Source: a bacterium (lineage in GTDB: Bacteria; Zhuqueibacterota; Zhuqueibacteria; Oceanimicrobiales; Oceanimicrobiaceae). From it: a stretch of 10,609 nucleotides of DNA. The stretch spans positions 1-10,609 of the forward strand of contig JBHIAC010000116.1 in the NCBI GenBank assembly GCA_046758365.1, given 5' to 3'. Shown here one piece after another: positions 1-5,843 of this stretch (position 1 is its first letter; every line of letters starts with the position of its first letter). Made by a program: the position numbers and the translations under genes. The notes under the pieces are model-generated. The model did no database searches, was not told the DNA's origin, and was given only the letters and a program-made list of their open reading frames with translations.

Positions 1-400
1 TCCAGAAAGACATCATATTGAGTCGGGGAAAGGCCATGTCTTTGGCGCCAATCATCAGCGGGATCAAGAAATTTCCAAAAGTTCCCAAAAGGAAAGGCAT
101 GGCTACGAAAAAGACCATGAGAGTTCCGTGCATAGTCACTAAGGCGTTATAAAATTCCGGCGGGATGATACCTTCAAAGGCCGTTGGCTCGGGAATCCAG
201 CCAGCGCCCGGTACAGCGGTTTCAGGCCAGGCGAGCTGCCATCTCATTAAATAGGCCATTAATCCCCCTATCACCGCCATGAACAGACTTAAAAATAGAT
301 ACTGTTTGCCAATGGTCTTATGGTCGGTGGAAAAGATATACTTGCGCCAAAAACTCATTTCTTCAGTGTGTTCAACTTCAGCCGTAACTGGTTCTGCCAT
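1..400 (-). CDS. ctaD: Cytochrome c oxidase subunit I, type A (N-terminal ~133 aa; continues beyond the window)
   Basis: Manual translation from ATG at 400 (RBS GGAGG at 410-406): MAEPVTAEVEHTEEMSFWRKYIFSTDHKTIGKQY...YNALVTMHGTLMVFF...FGNFLIPLMIGAKDMAFPRLNMMSFW. This includes the STDHK motif, the heme a ligand His (TMHG) and the D-channel motif DMAFPRLN. Not in the ORF track because it is open at the edge. Confidence 0.97.
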   Translation of the reverse strand, partial: MAEPVTAEVEHTEEMSFWRKYIFSTDHKTIGKQYLFLSLFMAVIGGLMAYLMRWQLAWPETAVPGAGWIPEPTAFEGIIPPEFYNALVTMHGTLMVFFVAMPFLLGTFGNFLIPLMIGAKDMAFPRLNMMSFW

Positions 401-489
401 TTAATCCTCCAATTGCTAAATAAATGTAGTTTTGCCATTGAGTACTAGAGCAAAATCTTCTCTTACTTTTAATGTTTACTAAGGTGTTA

Positions 490-584
490 TGGAGTATTGG
501 AGGAATGGGGTGATGAAATTTCGAGATTTAAACATTGAATTGAAATAATCCATTACTCCACCACTCCAGAATTCCATTAATCCA
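490..584. repeat. Two inverted arrays of 8-bp TGG-initiated units (consensus about TGGAGTAW) between coxB and coxA
   Basis: Plus 490-513: TGGAGTAT TGGAGGAA TGGGGTGA. Minus 584-545: TGGATTAA TGGAATTC TGGAGTGG TGGAGTAA TGGATTAT. Strict 8-bp period on both arms. Confidence 0.75.
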
Positions 585-1242
585 TCTTTTCCTTAACCCA
601 TTTGGCATATTCATTTTCCGAATGAACGTATAGAAAGCCCCGCATGGTATAATGCCCATAGCCACAAAGTTCGGCGCAAGCGATTTCATATTTTCCTATC
701 TCGGTGGCCTTGAACCAGGCTGTAATTTCCCGTCCCGGCACTAAATCTTGTTTAAGCCGTAAAACAGGGACAAAAAAACTATGAATTACATCTTTAGATT
801 TAAGAATCACACGCACGACTTTATTTACGGGTACGTGAAGGTCGTTTTCCTGTGTGAAATCATCAGAGGTGCCAAACAGGCCATCTGGCCCGGGATAAGT
901 AATAATCCAGTTGAATTGCTTCCCTTCTACTTGAACTGTAACATCACTTGCAGGTATTTCACCTTTGACCTTGTCGTAAGCTTTAGCGCCTGCAAAATCA
1001 ATCCATAGGTCAAGCATCAGAACAATCAAGCCTGGAACGAGAATCCAAGCAGCTTGCGCCAAGTTCTCACCATGGACAAATTTTGCTTTCTTACCTTCCC
1101 GACGTCGATAACGAATGAGGAAATAAATAAGGACCCCTTCACCAAGAAGAAACCCAATTCCAACGATGTAAAAGATTAAATGAAATACAAAGTCAATATC
1201 TCCGCCGTAAGTTGAGATGTTCTTTGGAAACCAATCAAACAT
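577..1242 (-). CDS. coxB: Cytochrome c oxidase subunit II
   Basis: Two N-terminal TM helices, aromatic motif GKQFNW, DVIHSFFVP and the CuA motif CAELCGYGHYTM. Directly upstream of subunit I. No C-terminal cytochrome c domain. Confidence 0.96.
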   Translation of the reverse strand: MFDWFPKNISTYGGDIDFVFHLIFYIVGIGFLLGEGVLIYFLIRYRRREGKKAKFVHGENLAQAAWILVPGLIVLMLDLWIDFAGAKAYDKVKGEIPASDVTVQVEGKQFNWIITYPGPDGLFGTSDDFTQENDLHVPVNKVVRVILKSKDVIHSFFVPVLRLKQDLVPGREITAWFKATEIGKYEIACAELCGYGHYTMRGFLYVHSENEYAKWVKEKMD

Positions 1243-1300
1243 AAATTCCTGCCTCTTATTTTAGTTTAGCCATTTTAGAATGAATACTGGATTTTGAAAT

Positions 1301-2527
1301 TTAACATTTCGAAGTTTGCTTTGGTACGGTGTGTACAAAGCAGCCATATTTCATAGGCTCCTCCATGCGGCAGGACCAAACCAGTTTTCCGTCCAATACG
1401 GTCATGTCCGGACAGCCATCGCACATGTTTTGAACCCCGTTATCGAGTACATCAGCGGGTTGGATAATCATAATCGACTGGTAGTGCAATCGTTTAAATA
1501 ACCGAATTGGATTCGTCATCGCCGATAGAAAATAATTTCGTGCTATTGCTCGAACTCTTGAATCAATGGGAGAAAACAGTAACATAACTTTGCCACGGCG
1601 ATGAATTTTCGGGTCTGTGTAGGCTAAATAGTGACCGTGGCGCAAGTGATGGTAGGTTTGGGCCAGTTCCATAAACTTCGGCCCAACATAACCATAAATT
1701 CTATGCTTGGTACCAATGCGTCCGCTTAATAACCATTTGAACGAATCGGGTTTTTCAGTACCGTTTAAGTAAGCAGCGCTGTCAAAATCCGGGTAACGAT
1801 TTTTGATAAGTTCATAAATATCATTGGATAAAATATCCACTTTTCTTTCACTGGAAGCTGTGTACGGAATTTCTCCTAAATCTACCTTCTCAGCGCCTGC
1901 ATAATAGTCAAATCGACCATCCAGAATGGCGGCGCGATAACAGATAAATACGATTACATGCACTTTGTCAATATGTTCTTGTGCCCAGCCTATCAGGTCT
2001 GGGATATATGAAAGAGTATCTTCATAGACTGTAGAGTTGAATGCACAAGAAAGGCCGCCAACCTCATGCAGCATCTCAGCGAAGTGTTCGCGAAGTTCAC
2101 ACAACTCAAGTTCGTTTTTGCCTTTCCAGTGTGGTCGTCTTTGTTTACTGTCCACGTGGAAGGTAAATCCTTTGGCACCAGCCGCTTTTAGCTCCTTTAA
2201 AAGTTCTTTGGTTAAAGCAACGCCATTGGTGTTAAGGATAGGCTTCAATCCATCCTCAGAAATCATCCGCACAATCTCGACAATCTCTGGATGGATAAGC
2301 GGGTCTCCACCTGCAATGGAGACGCCGTCGGTGAGTCGGAATTTCTTGAAAACAGCGAGTTCTTCTTTAATAAGTTCCAGAGATTTATGCCCCCTTGGAT
2401 CGTTAATTCGATAGCATCCTTCACAGTAGATATTACATTTCCAAGTCGGTTCAAGCCAAGAAATAGCGTTATCCGTCAAACTCCAAGGTAAGCGATAGTA
2501 ATTTTTAGGATCCAAATATACAGCCAT
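1301..2527 (-). CDS. Radical SAM protein of unknown function with a C-terminal Cys motif
   Basis: CxxxCxxC motif (CNIYCEGC), AGGDP (GGE-like), NTNG, and C-terminal CDGC-x13-C. RBS AGGAGG upstream of the ATG. Confidence 0.9.
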   Translation of the reverse strand: MAVYLDPKNYYRLPWSLTDNAISWLEPTWKCNIYCEGCYRINDPRGHKSLELIKEELAVFKKFRLTDGVSIAGGDPLIHPEIVEIVRMISEDGLKPILNTNGVALTKELLKELKAAGAKGFTFHVDSKQRRPHWKGKNELELCELREHFAEMLHEVGGLSCAFNSTVYEDTLSYIPDLIGWAQEHIDKVHVIVFICYRAAILDGRFDYYAGAEKVDLGEIPYTASSERKVDILSNDIYELIKNRYPDFDSAAYLNGTEKPDSFKWLLSGRIGTKHRIYGYVGPKFMELAQTYHHLRHGHYLAYTDPKIHRRGKVMLLFSPIDSRVRAIARNYFLSAMTNPIRLFKRLHYQSIMIIQPADVLDNGVQNMCDGCPDMTVLDGKLVWSCRMEEPMKYGCFVHTVPKQTSKC

Positions 2528-2717
2528 AGGTGCTCCCTCCTAATTAAAATTAATTTAAGAAGCCATCATTTTATGTTGAGTACTCTAATTATTGCTCCTA
2601 TGTAATCAAGGATAAAACGTAAAAACCTTAAGGGCACAAATAAGCGTTAATTAAACTCGATGCGCCCTACTTTTAAAGTGTAGATTTTAAAACGGATATT
2701 ATTATCTTATTTCGATT

Positions 2718-2745
2718 AATTTAATTATTTTTTTTAAAATGTCAA
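2718..2745 (-). promoter_or_regulatory. Candidate sigma70 promoter for the radical SAM-coxB-coxA cluster
   Basis: TTGACA (2745-2740), 16-nt spacer, TAAATT (2723-2718). The AT-rich context makes a chance -10 match possible. Confidence 0.45.
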
Positions 2746-2963
2746 GTATTTATTAACCGATATCAATATATCTAAATTGTAACAAGACTATTGTAAAAAA
2801 TGAAATTCGTTATTTTCGTACTTTGACCTAAAAGCAATACAATGGCTGAAGCAGGCATTCACGCCTGCGCTGATTCTCATATTCTGTCATAAGTGGATCG
2901 GGGCGGTCGTTATAAGTTATTGTTAAGTGAAGGAATAGATAATCGCGAAAAGTCAAATTCTCA

Positions 2964-3338
2964 TTAGGCTTTAGTCACGAGAAATACACCTCGCAGGTTG
3001 GTATTAATCACTTTGTCCCAATCGTTCACTAAAAGATTAACCACCCGGCCTCGAGCAAAAGCAGCGGCATTGTTTACTAAAATGTCTATGTTGCCCCACT
3101 TTTTCGAAACCACCTGAGCTAAATTCTCGACATCTTGTTCTTGGCTCACATCGGCTGGTACCATTAAAGCCTGACGACCCAACTGTTCAACCTCTTTAGC
3201 CACAGCACCCAATTGACTTTTCGTTCTGGAAGTTAAAACGAGGTCCATCCCGGCCCTGGCAAAATGGAGTGCAATCTCGCGGCCTATTCCTCGACCTCCA
3301 CCGGTAATTAGAGCTATTTTCCCGCTTAAATCAATCAT
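2964..3338 (-). pseudogene. Short-chain dehydrogenase/reductase, C-terminally truncated (124 aa)
   Basis: TGGGRGIG Rossmann motif, DILVNNAA and NLRG are present. The frame ends at TKA-TAA-TGA before the catalytic Ser and YxxxK. Classical SDRs are about 250 aa, and I saw no SDR-like continuation downstream. Confidence 0.85.
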
Positions 3339-3370
3339 GGCGAAATATCCCTAAGCAATTATTACAAATT

Positions 3371-4075
3371 TTAATCTTTATCTGGAATGTTTGCGTTTTC
3401 CAATGCTTGAATAAAACAATTATAATCTAAATAATCTGGCAGAACTACCGATACACCTTCATCTCGCAAACGCATTTGATTTCCTTCACTGTGAATACCT
3501 AAAAATCCAATGCCTAATTGTTTTGCTGCCCATTTATCCCATATTCTATCCCCGACATAAACAACCTTTTCAAAATTGATATTACAGTGCTGACCTTTAA
3601 TCCTTGATAAAGCCGTTTGGATGATTTTCTCCTTGGAAAAGGCTTCATCGGCAAATGCAGCAGGGATGCCTTGAACATCAATTCCAGCAAACTCTAACTT
3701 TAACTGAGCAGAAGCCCGCCAGCAACCCGTAGCAATAGCCACAGCCCAATTCTTATTTTTCAGTAAAGTGCTTAGCATCTTAGACGCCCCAGGGACTTCA
3801 CTAAACAATTTTGGATTTGCTTTATATGACTGCTGAAGCAGGTTGACAAAATGATTTTGCAAAGAACAGAGCTCATCTTCAGTTGGCCGACGTTCAAAAT
3901 ACTCTTGAAATAATTTTGATGCAATACCAGAGTCTGTTGTATGGGTATAATTACTCCAATCGGTGTTTTCAATATTGACAAGAAATACATTTTCAAATGC
4001 TTGAACAAAACAAGTTGTGTCTACTTGATTCGTTTGGGTCAAAGTTCCATCAATATCAAAAATTGCCACTTTCAT
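3371..4075 (-). CDS. HAD-superfamily hydrolase (phosphoglycolate phosphatase-like)
   Basis: Motif I FDIDGTL, motif II IATG, motif III Lys (FSK), motif IV YVGDRIWD. Full length at 234 aa. Confidence 0.92.
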   Translation of the reverse strand: MKVAIFDIDGTLTQTNQVDTTCFVQAFENVFLVNIENTDWSNYTHTTDSGIASKLFQEYFERRPTEDELCSLQNHFVNLLQQSYKANPKLFSEVPGASKMLSTLLKNKNWAVAIATGCWRASAQLKLEFAGIDVQGIPAAFADEAFSKEKIIQTALSRIKGQHCNINFEKVVYVGDRIWDKWAAKQLGIGFLGIHSEGNQMRLRDEGVSVVLPDYLDYNCFIQALENANIPDKD

Positions 4076-4095
4076 AAGTGTTGTTTTAGAAAATA

Positions 4096-4839
4096 TTATT
4101 TCTTGTAGCTAATCCGATAAATCACACCGGCTTTATCGTCTGAAACTAACAGCGCGCCATCGGGCATGACCAATACATCCACGGGACGACCCCAGGCTGT
4201 ACGTCCTTGCAGCCAACCTTCAGCAAAGACTTTGTACGATACCGCCTTGTTGTTTTTAATTCGCACCAACATCACTCGATACCCAATCGGCGTGGTGCGA
4301 TTCCAAGAGCCGTGTTCCGCAATAAATATCTGGTTTTGATATTCTCGGGGAAACATCTCACCTGTGTAAAAATGCATGCCCAGGGCTGCCACATGGGGGC
4401 CCAGCTCCATGGCTGGTGGAGTAAATTCTTCACACGGACGCTTCTTTCCAAACTCCGGGTCTGGAATATTTTTGCCATGACAATAAGGAAAGCCAAAGTA
4501 CATATCTTTTTTGGGTGCATGATTTAATTCATCAGGCGGCATATCATCACCCAACCAGTCGCGTCCATTATCGGTGAACCAGAGTTCTTTGGTTTCAGGA
4601 TGCCAATCAAACCCCACGGTATTGCGAACACCGTGGGCGAAGACCTCCAATCCTGAGCCTTCGGCTTTCATACGCATGATAGAGGCGTAGCGCGCATCCT
4701 CACGCTCGCAAATATTACACGGGGCGCCCACTGGAACGTAAAGCAGGCCATCTGGGCTAAAGCGAATGAATTTCCAGCCATGATGCTTATCTCTCGGAAA
4801 GCTATCGTTCACTATCGCGGGTTTTTCAGGATTATTCAA
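4096..4839 (-). pseudogene. PQQ-dependent sugar/sorbosone dehydrogenase family beta-propeller, N-terminally truncated
   Basis: HHGWKFIRFSPDG, GAPCNIC, GVRNTVGFDWHP, AEHGSWNR and GRPVDVLVMPDGALLVSDD motifs. The ORF begins mid-domain at a TTG with no RBS or signal peptide, and an in-frame TAA lies 12 codons upstream. Confidence 0.85.
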
Positions 4840-4916
4840 TAGTGTATGTTGTAAAAGTTTCTCACAATCGTTTTATGATTTTAAATGCTTGCGCCAATTT
4901 ACACCGATTTATCTAA

Positions 4917-5077
4917 TACCTAAATTGAGCGATTTTTCCTGCTGGGGGAGGTTCGGTGTTCAAGCTTTAGCTTGCAGTGGCAGGCGTAAATACCACGCTA
5001 AAGCGTGAACACCCAACGTTCTCTACGCCTAAACCCGTTTATGAAACAATTTTAGGCAGAATCGCTCAATTTAGGTA
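4917..5077. mobile_element. MITE-like element, 161 bp, TA-ended 18-bp perfect terminal inverted repeats
   Basis: TACCTAAATTGAGCGATT (4917-4934) and AATCGCTCAATTTAGGTA (5060-5077) are exact reverse complements, extendable inward to 22/24. No transposase inside. Confidence 0.75.
4951..5017. repeat. Inverted doublet of 24-bp REP-like units
   Basis: GTTCGGTGTTCAAGCTTTAGCTTG (4951-4974) versus the reverse complement of 4994-5017, GTTGGGTGTTCACGCTTTAGCGTG: 21/24 identical. Each unit ends in its own 14-bp palindrome. Confidence 0.8.
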
Positions 5078-5226
5078 ATATTATTCCATAAGCTGGACCG
5101 GACAAATAATCAAAAGAACAAATGAATGATTCCATCTCTTTCGGTATTTCCAGTAATTTTTTAGCAGCATACTTTAAAGCCCAGGCATTGTAGCTATGTT
5201 GAAACATTTGTAATAGACTTTCTATG

Positions 5227-5349
5227 CTAATCAACCCAATAGGCCCAAAGAAGATCTACAAACTGGACGGACAAAAACAGTGAACCAAGAGAAGTTTTAG
5301 GAACCAGTTTTTTCTCTGCGAGGACTAAAGCAAAGTGCCCAATAAACAT
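5227..5349 (-). pseudogene. N-terminal fragment of a membrane-bound metal-dependent hydrolase-like (YdjM-like) gene
   Basis: Manual translation MFIGHFALVLAEKKLVPKTSLGSLFLSVQFVDLLWAYWVD*, with RBS GGAGAG at 5358-5353. Resembles the MFIGH...SLGxLF...QFVDLLWP N-terminus as I recall it. Below the ORF-track cutoff. Confidence 0.7.
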
Positions 5350-5577
5350 CCACTCTCCATAAATTTTATTTAAACTATATTAAAAATAAAGCCATTTATT
5401 TTACGTAAAAAACAGCACAATTACAACAAAAACTAATACAATTACACTTTAATTAACGAATCTTAATCAACTCCGATTCTGTGTTAGTAACAAAACAACT
5501 TTTGGAAATTCCTTTATAAGATATTAAAGTTTAAAATTAAACAAAGACAAATAAAAGAAAGATTGAACACCCAACAG

Positions 5578-5597
5578 GTTTCGAAAGCTTTCGGAAC
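5578..5597. repeat. Short palindrome (REP-like or operator-like)
   Basis: GTTTCGAAAGCTTTCGGAAC, with a perfect 12-bp core CGAAAGCTTTCG at 5582-5593. Confidence 0.5.
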
Positions 5598-5776
5598 AGG
5601 TGAATGCAAAATACGAAATTACAAAGGTAAAAGGGACTCATTCCAATTTTAACACAGAATCGGGGTCAAAAATTTCAACCTAAAATTATTTTAATTGTTA
5701 AATATTTAGCTTCTCACCTTATGGCTCCTACGTCACATATATTCAAGAGTTTCCAAAAGAATGGGAACTTCTAAAT

Positions 5777-5804
5777 ACTACAATCGTAGTTTTATATATG
5801 TAGT
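5777..5804. promoter_or_regulatory. BlaI/MecI/CopY-type operator (one good box plus one degenerate adjacent box)
   Basis: ACTACAATCGTAGT (5777-5790) has ACTAC-N4-GTAGT dyad symmetry and resembles the TACA-N2-TGTA family consensus. TTTATATATGTAGT (5791-5804) follows. The site ends 39 bp before the BlaI-like start codon. Confidence 0.75.
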
Positions 5805-5843
5805 TAATAGGTATAAAAGTTAAGTGCTACAGGAAGAGCATTA

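Noticed and set aside
490..584. CRISPR array interpretation of the periodic repeats
   Set aside because: Units are 8 bp, contiguous and without spacers, and no cas genes are present.
781..2491. Short track ORFs 781-1008, 1316-1501, 1993-2178, 2037-2414, 2263-2454 and 2291-2491
   Set aside because: Antisense or off-frame shadows inside coxB and the radical SAM gene, with no recognisable motifs.
1301..2527. Naming the radical SAM gene as moaA, pqqE, nirJ/ahb or a tetraether synthase
   Set aside because: I could not recognise the diagnostic auxiliary motifs of any of these families. The nearby PQQ-type dehydrogenase is a truncated remnant and does not support pqqE.
2961..2966. Stop-codon readthrough or recoding to complete the SDR
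   Set aside because: Tandem TAA-TGA stops and no SDR-like sequence seen downstream.
3772..4527. Track ORFs 3772-4008, 4207-4527 and 4272-4520
   Set aside because: Nested within the HAD and dehydrogenase frames, with no independent evidence.
4849..4867. Rex-like box TTGTAAAAGTTTCTCACAA
   Set aside because: One base too long with mismatches in both half-sites, and it lies at a gene breakpoint rather than a promoter.
5052..5234. 60-aa track ORF as a stand-alone gene
   Set aside because: TTG start without an RBS, the 3' end runs into the MITE TIR, and it is better explained as the shifted frame of the hydrolase remnant.
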